Below the pieces are notes generated by a model, which saw nothing but the letters and a program-made list of their open reading frames with translations, had not been told where the DNA came from and ran no database searches. Shown one piece after another: positions 52,500 through 63,100 of a DNA stretch of 64,000 nucleotides; the stretch's first letter is position 1, and each line of letters opens with the position of its first letter. Made by a program: the position numbers and the translations under genes. The stretch is from Sedimentisphaerales bacterium (lineage in GTDB: Bacteria > Planctomycetota > Phycisphaerae > Sedimentisphaerales > Anaerobacaceae): positions 2,368,001 to 2,432,000 of the forward strand of contig OY970194.1 of assembly GCA_963708075.1 (NCBI GenBank), in the 5' to 3' direction.

Positions 52500-55259
52500 T
52501 CAGGCAAGCGGTTTCCCGTCGTTGAGGGCCTCATACGCGGTGATGTACCTCGCGACCATATTATCCAGACTCCAATTGTGCCTGGCCTCCCTCATGATCC
52601 TTCTTGCCTGTTTTTCCCACTCCCTCGGATGCTCGTGAAAATACCTGTGGTTCTGAACGGTTGCCTTCAGACCCCACCACAGGCCGGCGGCATTATAGTC
52701 ACGGAACAGGGTGCCATTGCCGCTGTCGATCGGGGCACCCCACGCCCGCAGGCTCAGTGGCTTGATCTTGTCACTGTACCCGCCGGTATCCCGGTTGGTG
52801 GCCGTCGCGCCGTAGAGGTTACCGACGACATCAATCTGGCCGAATGGCTCATAGAGCGACGCCCCGAACACGTCACTGGCTGCCGCATACCCGAGAATGC
52901 TGAGGTTCTGGTCGAAACGATGATAGGTGATCCGCCCCTGCGAAGCACACGCGATCCGGCCCATGATGTCCGCGTGTGTCCAGTCCCCGCCCACGGGGTC
53001 GCCCACGACCGCAATCTGCACGCCCGGATGCTCGTCAACAAACCGTTGGGCGATCTCCTCGATCAGCTCGATCCCCTTCTGCATAAGATCGAGCCGGGAG
53101 GGCCAATATAGAAGGATCGCCTCCGGATCGACGTTCAGGCCCATCCTCTTCTGGAACTTGACCAGATTGAGTCTCTTGGCCTCAACGATATCGTCGTCGG
53201 GGCCGAAACACCTCGCCAGTCCCGGCTTGTCCACCTCCGGATTCTCCTCCTGGTTCTCCGGGTACACGTCGGGCGAAATGCCATTGGGGATCACCAGCGC
53301 GGAACGATTCACATACTTGACCTTCGTCTCCTCGCGAACGCTCCAGGGGATGATCGGCCGGTCCAGGAAGTAGTCCCCCACCACCTCCTTCAGGAACCTC
53401 TCCCCCACGTAACTGATCCTCGTCGCGCTCTTGATCGCGGTAGCCTGGCAATCCACACACTGCTGCTGGGATTCGAAGGAGATGTACATCGCACCCCAGA
53501 GTTTCGCCAGGTTCACGCCGTAGAACATGTCCAGCGGCACGTGTCCCGTGTGCGTGTTGTGGACCGTGTGCAGGACCGGCACGCCTCGCATCTTGGCGTA
53601 TGCCACAATGACCCCGCCCGCCATCCAGTCATTCGTGTGCAGGATAGCCCGGCCTTCATACTGGCTGCGGATCTCCTTGAGGTACGTATTGACCACCTGC
53701 TTCTGGAATTCCGCCGCGTTGGCCAGAGGCGAGCCGTCGTAGGCGCTGCGATAGCCCTCGAAGATGGCTGAGCTGACCAGGTGCACGTTCTCGGGATTGA
53801 GCTGATGCCGCTTCTGGATCCATTCGCTCTCGCTGAGACCCGCCTCCTCCCGAAACCGGGTGGCCAGGTTGATCGTGACCAGGTGCACCGGAATCGCCCG
53901 GATCGAGAGCCCTTTGCACAACGCGGAGATGACGTCCCCCAGTCCGCCGCTCTTGCCGGAGACGTATTTGGCGAATTGCCCCATTCCTTCCGAGGGTAGC
54001 CTGGCCGTCTCGGGCGTGATGATAATCACCGGCGTTCGTGTGCTCCGCGTGAGGATGTTAAAGCTCTTGACGTTGTGAGACAGCTCGTCGGCGGCGTGGG
54101 TCAGCGTGTAGGCCGCTGTGGCCACCGAATCATACGGATTGCGATCGTGCTCGGGCGAATTGCCATTGCGGCCCTCGCCGTTGAGATACAGCAAGTGATC
54201 GGCCGTGGTCAAATAACGGAACTTGTGCAGAAGGTCGCCCCCCGCCCGCCTCGCCTCCGGCTCCAGGTTCTCCAGGCTCCGGAAGAGCACCTGCTGCGCC
54301 CGTGAGCTCAGGAATGCAAGCGTCTCCGGAGCCCCGGACTGGTCCGGGCGCTCCGGCTCGGCGCAGTCCACCATGGGGCAGCTCGTGATCTGAAACCATT
54401 CCGCCACCTCGGTCGGGTTCGCCGGCACGATATCCATGTACTTGGGGAACTCCTCCGGCAAACCTCGCCAGAACTCCTCCACCTTGCGATACGGCAGCGT
54501 CCCCTGCTCCACGAGCGGGAAGTCGCAGACAAGCACAACAATCTCGCCGCCCACCTGATGAATGAGATCGGCGTACTCGCCGGCGGTCGGGAACACATCG
54601 CCGGTTGTCGCCGACAGCCTCCGGCTGAGAAAGGCATTGCGAGGCAGCACGGCCAGTTTGCGAGGTCGGCCCTTCCTGCCTCGCACCCGATAGACCGCGT
54701 TCACAGCCGCCGGCTTGCGATCCCGCACGTTCACGATCCGATCGCACAGCTCGCACAGAATCGCCGTGAAGCCCATGTCCGCCACGATGTTGGCAACCTC
54801 GTTATCGTACAACAGGCCCGTATTCGCGAACGCCGTCGGCTTCACCCCGAAGATGCTGCTCATCTTCTCCCGATGCAGCGCAACCTGCTCCTTGAACTCC
54901 GTTTTCTCAGGGTCAGGGAAGAAGGACACAAGTGAATGGTAATACGTTTCCTCCAGAAACTCGACCTGCCCCTGGTGGCTGGCGGAATGCTCCAGCTCCC
55001 GCAACGCATCGAGGACGGCCGGCTCGTAGAGGTCGGCCTGCTCCAGGAAGGTCCCCGAGATGCTGAAGCTGACCTTGAAGTTGGGGTGCTCCCTGACAAG
55101 CTCCGTGAACATCCGGGTCAGGGGTAAATAACATCGCTCCGCTCCCTGCTGAAAGATCTCGCTGTTCTTCTGATCCCAAAGGAAGGTTGCATCATCCGGG
55201 CTCAGTCGAAACGGCTGGTGCAAGCGCAGGCATACAGTCACCAGAGGCATCGTTGCCAA
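52500..55259 (-). CDS. GH57 alpha-amylase-like domain fused to GT5 glycogen synthase
   Basis: GH57: LHQP, SISGTFLEQ, ETYYHSL; GT5: TPE, KSGGLGDV, HTNDW, TVHN, SRL...QKG, EPFG, RDTGG. Confidence 0.85.
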   Translation of the reverse strand: MATMPLVTVCLRLHQPFRLSPDDATFLWDQKNSEIFQQGAERCYLPLTRMFTELVREHPNFKVSFSISGTFLEQADLYEPAVLDALRELEHSASHQGQVEFLEETYYHSLVSFFPDPEKTEFKEQVALHREKMSSIFGVKPTAFANTGLLYDNEVANIVADMGFTAILCELCDRIVNVRDRKPAAVNAVYRVRGRKGRPRKLAVLPRNAFLSRRLSATTGDVFPTAGEYADLIHQVGGEIVVLVCDFPLVEQGTLPYRKVEEFWRGLPEEFPKYMDIVPANPTEVAEWFQITSCPMVDCAEPERPDQSGAPETLAFLSSRAQQVLFRSLENLEPEARRAGGDLLHKFRYLTTADHLLYLNGEGRNGNSPEHDRNPYDSVATAAYTLTHAADELSHNVKSFNILTRSTRTPVIIITPETARLPSEGMGQFAKYVSGKSGGLGDVISALCKGLSIRAIPVHLVTINLATRFREEAGLSESEWIQKRHQLNPENVHLVSSAIFEGYRSAYDGSPLANAAEFQKQVVNTYLKEIRSQYEGRAILHTNDWMAGGVIVAYAKMRGVPVLHTVHNTHTGHVPLDMFYGVNLAKLWGAMYISFESQQQCVDCQATAIKSATRISYVGERFLKEVVGDYFLDRPIIPWSVREETKVKYVNRSALVIPNGISPDVYPENQEENPEVDKPGLARCFGPDDDIVEAKRLNLVKFQKRMGLNVDPEAILLYWPSRLDLMQKGIELIEEIAQRFVDEHPGVQIAVVGDPVGGDWTHADIMGRIACASQGRITYHRFDQNLSILGYAAASDVFGASLYEPFGQIDVVGNLYGATATNRDTGGYSDKIKPLSLRAWGAPIDSGNGTLFRDYNAAGLWWGLKATVQNHRYFHEHPREWEKQARRIMREARHNWSLDNMVARYITAYEALNDGKPLA

Positions 55260-55537
55260 CTCCTTAAGATGCTCAGCGTCACAACTGCGGATGAATACAG
55301 GTCAAAACTACACGGACTACTTTACCCCCGTGTATTCGATCTTGCAAGCCCGAACTGCGTCCGGCATTACCGATGCATGGGTAATCACCGGTCATCCTGC
55401 AAAGGCCGGCGGCGGATGCGCCCGGAAGCTGCGGATGCGAATGCGCCAGCGGGCTCTCTATCGGACCAAGCACGCGTCCCGCATGTGATTGCCAGTTCCC
55501 CCGCCGCTGAAATTGTGGCAGAAAATCTCTTGCAGAT

Positions 55538-56389
55538 TCACGGCTTGGTTTCATTCGCCCTGGCGGAAGCATTCTTCTTTGCTCTGTGCAGCAATTTGTA
55601 CGCCCAGTCCTCGAAGAACAGAGGATAAAGATTCATTTTCTCCGTCGCCAGACGCACCCCCATGCGAGTGAGCAGATGCTTGACTTCCTCTTTGTGATCC
55701 GGAAACTGGGCGGTGAGCTGCCTCTTGTACAGCCGCCGCAACATGCGACGCCTTTCATCCTTGACCTCTTCGTCCTTGCCCGCAGCCCGGAAGAAGCGGC
55801 GGATCTTGTCCAGCTTCATGTTCTCCGTCTTCTGCAGGTAGCGGACCAGCCGGCGGGGAACCTCATCGGGAATCACGAAATCCTCATCGATCCCCCTCGT
55901 TTCCAGCTCGTTGGGCTCGTACTGAAGGAACGGGTCGAAGAAGAACACGGCCGGATAGTAATCCACGCGGTGCGAACCCAGGTAAGAAACGAAAACGTCC
56001 ATGCTATGGCCGTTTTGAAACAAGGTCACCGGCCCGTCGCCGATACAGATGCTGTAGCATAGCTTGTTGAAATCGCGCCGGTTGTAGCCGACGATGGCAT
56101 TGAACGGCCGCCGAAGCCTTGGCAATGTCACCCGCCGCACGTCGAAGATGATCAGCCGCGAGGTGGTCGTATCCTTCGCCATCTTCTCGACCTGCTCCAG
56201 GGCGCCGCGGACGCTCGTCGCGTCGGGCCGGATCACGGCACAATGCTTGAACCGCTCATCCGCCCGGATTCTCTCGCGGACATCCGTGCCCAGGATTGGA
56301 TCGACCGTCAGTATGTGAATCTGGTCCCGCCTGTTAGGGTGGGTCAATATGTCCAGCTTGTTGTCGGTAAGATGGTAAGTGTCTTCCAC
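55538..56389 (-). CDS. Hypothetical protein (283 aa)
   Basis: Long ORF with host-like codon usage, co-oriented with neighbours. Confidence 0.75.
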   Translation of the reverse strand: MEDTYHLTDNKLDILTHPNRRDQIHILTVDPILGTDVRERIRADERFKHCAVIRPDATSVRGALEQVEKMAKDTTTSRLIIFDVRRVTLPRLRRPFNAIVGYNRRDFNKLCYSICIGDGPVTLFQNGHSMDVFVSYLGSHRVDYYPAVFFFDPFLQYEPNELETRGIDEDFVIPDEVPRRLVRYLQKTENMKLDKIRRFFRAAGKDEEVKDERRRMLRRLYKRQLTAQFPDHKEEVKHLLTRMGVRLATEKMNLYPLFFEDWAYKLLHRAKKNASARANETKP

Positions 56390-56537
56390 CGTCGCAAAAT
56401 CCTTCGCCTTGAGATATCACCGGTGCACAGAACCATTACGTTGCGGCTGTGCCACGGTTCACGCGGCCCGCATTGAACAGGGCAAGGGTTGGAGTGACTT
56501 GATGATAGTCGGCCCGCTGTCAGCAAGGTAGCCCCAT

Positions 56538-57341
56538 TCACCACCAGAAGCATGGGTTCTGATATATCTGCCATTTCCAGCGGTGCTGCATCTCCTCAAA
56601 ACGTCGCCACTCGCCGTGGCCATCTACGAAGAAGATGTTTCCGCCCGTGGCCTTGGTGCCTTTCTTCAGATGGTTGGACCTGTCATAAATCTGCCATCGC
56701 GTCCAGCAGCCGCCGATGGCCCGACTGAAATCGGCCGTGTCCCGGTTGGGCCCATCGCTTACCGTCACGTCCGAAATCAGCTCCACCATGGCGGGCGGCT
56801 GTTTTGTGCTGATGAGAGAACGGACCCACTCCTTGGGCTGGCCGTCCGGGCTCATAGGCGGGTGATCCCAGTGCCCACCAGTTGGCGTCGTGATATCAAT
56901 GAAGTAGTAGTAGCCCATGATCCGGTGAAAATCCTTGCGTTTCGCGATATCCGTGGGCTCAGGTGTGGCATAGGTTTCCGGCGTGCCGGCCGGGAGGTTC
57001 TCCCCGTAACGCCAGAAGATGATCCGATCCCGCTGGCTCCAGGAGGGGCAGTAGAAGATGTGCCGGTCGAACCCACCGCTCTGCATGAGGTAGTCTGCCG
57101 TCCAGTACGAGATATCGAAGAGCCAGCGATCCACCACCGTATTCATCGGGAGCTTGCCATCGTAATCATGGCCATACATGAACAGGCCCATGCCCATGTT
57201 CTTCTCGTTATGGGCACACGCGGTACGCCGGCCCTGCTCCCGCACCACGCTCAGCGCAGGCATGAGAATGCCCATTAACAGTGCGATGATCGCAATCACC
57301 ACCAACAGCTCTATAAGCGTGAAGCCTCTCTGGTTGCGCAT
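56538..57341 (-). CDS. Prepilin-type N-terminal cleavage/methylation, H-X9-DG (DUF1559-like) protein
   Basis: RGFTLIELLVVIAIIALL, FYCPS, NH...GGNIFFVDGH. Confidence 0.9.
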   Translation of the reverse strand: MRNQRGFTLIELLVVIAIIALLMGILMPALSVVREQGRRTACAHNEKNMGMGLFMYGHDYDGKLPMNTVVDRWLFDISYWTADYLMQSGGFDRHIFYCPSWSQRDRIIFWRYGENLPAGTPETYATPEPTDIAKRKDFHRIMGYYYFIDITTPTGGHWDHPPMSPDGQPKEWVRSLISTKQPPAMVELISDVTVSDGPNRDTADFSRAIGGCWTRWQIYDRSNHLKKGTKATGGNIFFVDGHGEWRRFEEMQHRWKWQIYQNPCFWW

Positions 57342-57445
57342 GGCAAACCTCACTCCCGGATTGTCAATGACAGACGGCCGCCGCAGGCAATCTCACGCCG
57401 GCAGCATGCCCTATAGCATACCATTCCGACGGGAATACCCCAAGT

Positions 57446-57808
57446 CTAATCAGCGAATTCGGCGGATTTCCTGCCGCGCCGTCGCCGCCTTTGCTTCTGC
57501 TTGCGAATCTTCTCCGCTTTCGCCGCCGCCGGGCTCTCGTGGCCCAGGCTCTTGAGCTCCAGCAACTCGCACATCCGCTTTCTCGCGTAGTACCGGTTCA
57601 GCCGCTGGGACCGTTCCTGTTGCATCTTCACCTCCAGTCCCGTCGGCCCATGCCGCAGGTAGACACAACTGGAGGTCTTGTTGACCCGCTGCCCGCCCGG
57701 CCCGGAGGACCGGACGAACTTCTCCTCCAGGTCCTGCTCGCGCAGCCCCACCGCCGCCATCCGCGCCTCCAGCTCCGCCTGCTTCTTCTGCGTGACTCCG
57801 AAGTCCAT
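57446..57808 (-). CDS. Short peptide-chain-release-factor-like GGQ protein (ArfB/C12orf65-like)
   Basis: FVRSSGPGGQRVNK, RSQRLNR, basic C-terminal tail. Confidence 0.85.
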   Translation of the reverse strand: MDFGVTQKKQAELEARMAAVGLREQDLEEKFVRSSGPGGQRVNKTSSCVYLRHGPTGLEVKMQQERSQRLNRYYARKRMCELLELKSLGHESPAAAKAEKIRKQKQRRRRRGRKSAEFAD

Positions 57809-58070
57809 CCTCTTCTACGCCTTCATTCCAAACTATCACCGTCGCCAGCACAACCCCGCGTCATATCCTGCCTGTCGGGTTATTCAATTATACCCTCATC
57901 CGCCATGGACTGCATAGTCCTCCCTCGTGACCCGCGGACTCACAACCGGTGACTGCTCTCTGTCTTTGACCCTGATTCCTGCTGACTCTCCCCTTGCCCT
58001 TTTGTCCCCTTCGGCCCTACAATCAGGAATAATGGCCACGCCATTCCAGGGCTTGAAAAGGAGAGTGGAA

Positions 58071-59570
58071 ATGAAGAGGCTCGACATGAGATGGGGTCTG
58101 GTGCTTGCTGTTTTGTGCATGGTAGCGATGGACTCGCAGGCAGAGACATCCGGCCAACGCAACATCATACAGATCGAGAATGAAAAGGCCGGGACGACGG
58201 ATTGGCTCCTGACGAAGATCAAGAGGGGGTCGGTGGCGCCTCGGTACGCTCCGGAGGATGAGAACTACGACAAAGGGTGGCGTCGGCGAAAGGAACTGGA
58301 GGGGTATTGCTCCCACACGAGCATCAGGGCGGGAGAAACCCTCGACGTTTACGTCAGCACCGATCCTGCCGATCAATACAAAGCCGAGATCTACCGCATG
58401 GGTTACTACGGGGGCAGCGGTGGACGGCTGATGCGAACGATAGGCCCCTTGCAGGGGGCCGTTCAACCCACGCCCGAGGACGGCCCCCGCCGTCTGATAG
58501 AATGCAAGTGGAGCAAAGGTTTCAGCCTTGAAATCCCGAAGGACTGGGTGAGCGGCGTCTATCTCGGCAAGCTCAGCACGCTCAAGACGCAGGCCGAAAG
58601 CTATGTGATCTTCATCGTGCGGGATGACCGCAAAGCGGATTTGATGTTTCAGTGCTCCGATCTGACCTGGTTGAGCTACAACCGGTGGCCCAATTGGCGG
58701 TCGTTGTACGATTTCGGAACGGATCCCTGGGGCGCGTCGAATCGAAGGCCCGGCAACGACGTGGGCTTCGATCGGCCCTACGCCATCTACTGGAACGGTT
58801 TTCCCGCCGGGTTCGAGCCGCTGACAAACGGTTCGGGCGAATTCCTGATGATCGAGTTCCCCCTGGCGTTCTGGCTGGAGAAGGAGGGCTATGACGTCAC
58901 GTACATCTCGAACGTCGACACACACGCGGATGGAAAAGGGCTGCTCCGAGGCAAGGGGTTCGTCTCGGTCGGCCATGACGAGTACTGGACGAAGCAGATG
59001 TTCGAGAACGTAACGAATGCGCGAGATGCAGGCGTGAGTCTCGCCTTCCTGTCCGGCAACAGCATTTCGGGAGAGGTTTCCCTTGGGCCGAGCACGGATG
59101 GCCGGCCCAATCGTCTGATCCGCAGGGTCGGCGGCTTCAGCGGCGAGCAGGCCCTGATGGGAGCAACGTCTTACGGCGTCGGTTTCGCGGATTGGACGTG
59201 CGGCGACCCAAACCACTGGGCGTTCGAGGGGACGGGAATGAAGAAAGGCGACCGCGTGGCCCAACTCATCGGCTGGGAGCACCACGGGCCCCCTCTGGCG
59301 CAGCACGAGGGTCTGGAAGTCCTGTCGAGCGGACCCGTCTACGGCTGGAACGGGGAATTGCGCAGCGCGACCTACGCGACGACCCTGTACCGGTGGAAGA
59401 AGGGCAACCTCGTCTTCAATGCAGGGACATGCTGGTGGAATATGGTGCTCTCGACGCCGCCCGGGTTCATGAATCCGCCCAAGAGATACTTCCTGCAGGC
59501 CGACCCCCGTATCCAGCGGATTACCCGGAACGTCCTCGACAAGATGATCTCCGCAAGCTTCGTGGAATGA
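58071..59570 (+). CDS. Secreted N,N-dimethylformamidase beta-subunit-like family protein
   Basis: Signal peptide; IYRMGYYGG, SGVYLGKL, FIVRDD, FDRPY, WLEKEGYDVTY, GHDEYW, AFLSGN, VFNAGT. Confidence 0.8.
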   Translation: MKRLDMRWGLVLAVLCMVAMDSQAETSGQRNIIQIENEKAGTTDWLLTKIKRGSVAPRYAPEDENYDKGWRRRKELEGYCSHTSIRAGETLDVYVSTDPADQYKAEIYRMGYYGGSGGRLMRTIGPLQGAVQPTPEDGPRRLIECKWSKGFSLEIPKDWVSGVYLGKLSTLKTQAESYVIFIVRDDRKADLMFQCSDLTWLSYNRWPNWRSLYDFGTDPWGASNRRPGNDVGFDRPYAIYWNGFPAGFEPLTNGSGEFLMIEFPLAFWLEKEGYDVTYISNVDTHADGKGLLRGKGFVSVGHDEYWTKQMFENVTNARDAGVSLAFLSGNSISGEVSLGPSTDGRPNRLIRRVGGFSGEQALMGATSYGVGFADWTCGDPNHWAFEGTGMKKGDRVAQLIGWEHHGPPLAQHEGLEVLSSGPVYGWNGELRSATYATTLYRWKKGNLVFNAGTCWWNMVLSTPPGFMNPPKRYFLQADPRIQRITRNVLDKMISASFVE

Positions 59571-59735
59571 TCGAGGTCGGGACAGAGACGCCGAACCGCC
59601 GCGCTGATATGCCGCTGTCACAGGTCCCGAATTGCCAGATCAACTCCGCTGGTCCGGTGACGATGTCACCCGTGCCGCGTGAGTCCGGACGCATAGGAAA
59701 ATCTTTTTTGGTCCGAAAAAAAATCCTCATGCATA

Positions 59736-59764
59736 TTGACGCCATGGACCGATAATAGTAAAGT
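59736..59764 (+). promoter_or_regulatory. Sigma70-like promoter of the large secreted protein
   Basis: TTGACG-N17-TAAAGT preceded by A/T tracts. Confidence 0.5.
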
Positions 59765-60144
59765 CTCGCTGCTACAATTCAGTTGGGGGTGGCAGAAGAA
59801 ACCAGAAGCAGGTTGAAGGATCAACAGCCAAAGAGTCTTGTGAAGGAACAAAGCTGAGAGTGGGCCGCGATTCATCGGCGGGCGGTGCAACATGCCGCGA
59901 CAGCCGGTTGTGAATCTGCGGTCGGCTTGATGCGCGTGACGAGGACAAAGCTGAATATGGTTGGCCCTGAGAATACCTCTCTTACCTGTACTTGTCCTGC
60001 ATTGACTCCCCCGTAGGACAGGCGCAACAAAAACACAGCGCTTGCGCAAGCGACACAGCCGACTTTTGACACGATCGTTCAGAGCGTGGCGGTTTGGAGG
60101 CCGTCTGAACACAGTTTGTAGTTTGACTCTGTGGGTAGGTAACA

Positions 60145-63100
60145 ATGGTTCCAAGAAACACAAAGTATGTCATTTCAGCAGTATTGTGCATTCTCGGTTC
60201 ACAGGCGGTAAGTTCCGCAGCGGACTACTATGTCAATGCGGCCGGCGGCAATGACGGCAATAGCGGCCAGAGTTCCGCCGCGCCCTGGCGGACGGTCGCC
60301 AAGGTCAACGCCGTCAGCTTCGCCCCCGGCGACCGCATCTTCTTCGCCCGCGGCGGCATCTGGCGTGAGTCGCTGATGCCTCGCACCTCCGGCGTCGCCG
60401 GCAGTCCCATCACCTTCGGGGCCTACGGCTCCGGCGCCGCCCCGGTGCTCGCCGGGTCCAACGATCTGACCGGCTACACCTGGCGTAAGAGCGTCAGCGG
60501 CACCAACACGTACTACGGCTACGCCTCGGGGATCGAGCCGCCGGACGTGGTCTGGCTCAATGGCGCCCCTTGCACCCGGGGCACCGCCGGCAGCCTGGCG
60601 GACCATCAGTGGGATTGGAATAACCGCGATTCGCTGGGCTTTTCCACCGTCTACATCCGCGATGACTCCGGCATGCCCGGCGTCAGCGGCGTGCTCGTCG
60701 AATCCGCGGCCCGGGACTACACCGTCTTCGCCTCCGGCAAGAGCTATCTGACGTTCGAGAACCTGGAGGTTCGCCACACGGACGATTACGGCTTCAGCTA
60801 CGGCGTGATGCACTTCAACTCCTGCAAGAACATCACCATCCGCAACTGCACGGTCCATGACGTCACCGCCAACGGGATCAAGTTCATCGGCGCCGGCAGC
60901 GCCAATCACGTCATCCAGGACAATGTGGTCTACAATGCCCTGCCGCCGTGGAGCTATCCGTGCCTGATCAGCATGTTCGACACGAATACGGCGACGATCT
61001 CCCGCAATACGATCTACAACGCGGTCGGGCAGTGGGCGGTCGGCATGATGGTCCTGAACAGTTGCAGCAACCTGACCATCGAGCAGAACAACATCTACAA
61101 CTGCAACGGCGACCACGTATACCTGCGAGGCTACGCCTCCGGCAACACCGTGCGATACAACTACCTGCACGATGGGTCCGGCACCGGCGTGATGATCCGC
61201 GAAGGAGCCAGCAATAACAAGGTCTATGGCAACCAGATCGCGGAAACCGGTGCGGGCGTCTCCATCAACAACACCGGCGGCGCCACCAGCTATAACCTGG
61301 TCTACAACAACACCATTTGCAGCGAGGCCCGCAGCAACGGCGGTGGTATCGTCGTCGTCGGCGCCCACGCAGGCACCCAGATCCGCAACAACTGCGTCCG
61401 GACCAATGATGAGTATGCGCTCTTCTTCGATGCGGCGGCGGCCGGCGTGGTGACCTCGAACAACAACTGCGTGTACAACACCAGTTCATTCCGCCTGATC
61501 CACTGGGCCGGCGCCAATTATCTGATGAGCGGCTTTGCCACCTATCAGAGCGTCAGCGGCCAGGACCGCAACTCCATGGCCCGCGATCCGCTGTTCGCCA
61601 ACCTGGGCGGCCGCGATTTCACCTTCCAGAGCAGTTCCCCCTGCATCGGTACGGCCGTGGACCTGGGCGATACCTACCGTTATGACTTGGCGCCGGCAGC
61701 ACCTGGCCCAGTGGCGTGCGAACGCTCGATCAGCGCGCCTACGGCACCTGGGAGATCGGCGCCTACGTGTACGGCAGTGCGCCTGCCACTGGCTACACAC
61801 TGACGACCAGTGCCACCAACGGCACGATCACGCGTACGCCCAACCAGAGCAGTTATACCTCGGGCACGACAGTCACCTTGCAGGCGACGCCGAACAGCGG
61901 CTACGTATTCACCGGCTGGTCGGGCGATCTGACCGGCACGACCAACCCGGCCACGCTCGTGATGAACTCGAACAAGTCCGTCACCGCCAATTTCACCCCT
62001 GTGCCCAGCACGACGTACACACTTACCGTCAGTGCCACCAATGGCACAGTGACCAGAACGCCAAGCAAGACCAGCTACGCCTCCGGCGAAACAGTCACCC
62101 TGCAAGCGACGCCGAACAGCGGCTACACGTTCACCGGCTGGTCGGGCGATCTGACAGGCACGACCAACCCGGCGACGCTCGTGATGAACTCGAACAAGTC
62201 CGTCACCGCCAACTTCGCGGCCTCCACGGGCGGCACTACGACGAAGAAGGTAGGTACTACGACCGTGTTCTCGAGTGTCACGAAGGAGGCGAACCGCCGA
62301 GCGACGCCGTACACAATGGCCGAGACGGGGCAATTGCAGAGCATCAGCATTTACCATCAGGGTGGCTCCGGGCGGATGCTCCTGGGCGTCTATGCCGATA
62401 GTTCGGGCAAGCCGGGCTCGCGCCTTGGGATAACCAGTACCACTACGGTCAGTAGCATCAGAGGCTGGCAGACAGTGGCCTTGCAGAGCCCCGTGGCGGT
62501 GTCCGCAGGTCAGAAGATCTGGCTGGCATGGGTCTTTGAGCGTATTCCGGGGATTCGCTACACCAAGGGGACTCCGGGCCGGGCAAGTTCACCGGACCTC
62601 TGGCCGGGCGGCATGCCTGCCACCTTCGGCACGTCGACTCTGGGTAACTACATCTATAGCATCTACGCGACCTATGCCACAACGTCTACCATCAGCAGTG
62701 ATACTACCGCTCCCACGAGCGGGGCTGTAGGGACCACGACCGTGCTCTCAAGCATCACCAGGGATACCAACCGCCGGGCGATGGCGTACACGGCGCCTGG
62801 GGCCGGGCAACTGCAGAGCATCAGCATCTACCATCAGGCCGGCTCCGGCCAAATGATCCTGGGGGTCTATGCGGATAGCTCCGGCAGGCCGGGCTCTCGC
62901 CTTGGCGTGACCAGTTCCACGACCGTTAGCAGCACGACCGGCTGGCAGAAAGTCAATCTGCAAAGCCCGGTGGCGGTGTCCGCTGGTCAGAGGATCTGGC
63001 TGGCATGGATCTTCCAGAGCAATCCGGGGATTCGCTATGCCAGCGGGATTCCGGGCCGGGCCAGTTCCTCCGGCCTCTGGTCGGGCGGCATGCCCACCAC

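Noticed and set aside
59765..60144. Long leader of the large secreted gene as a riboswitch
   Set aside because: No recognisable riboswitch consensus or terminator seen by eye; an Rfam search would be needed
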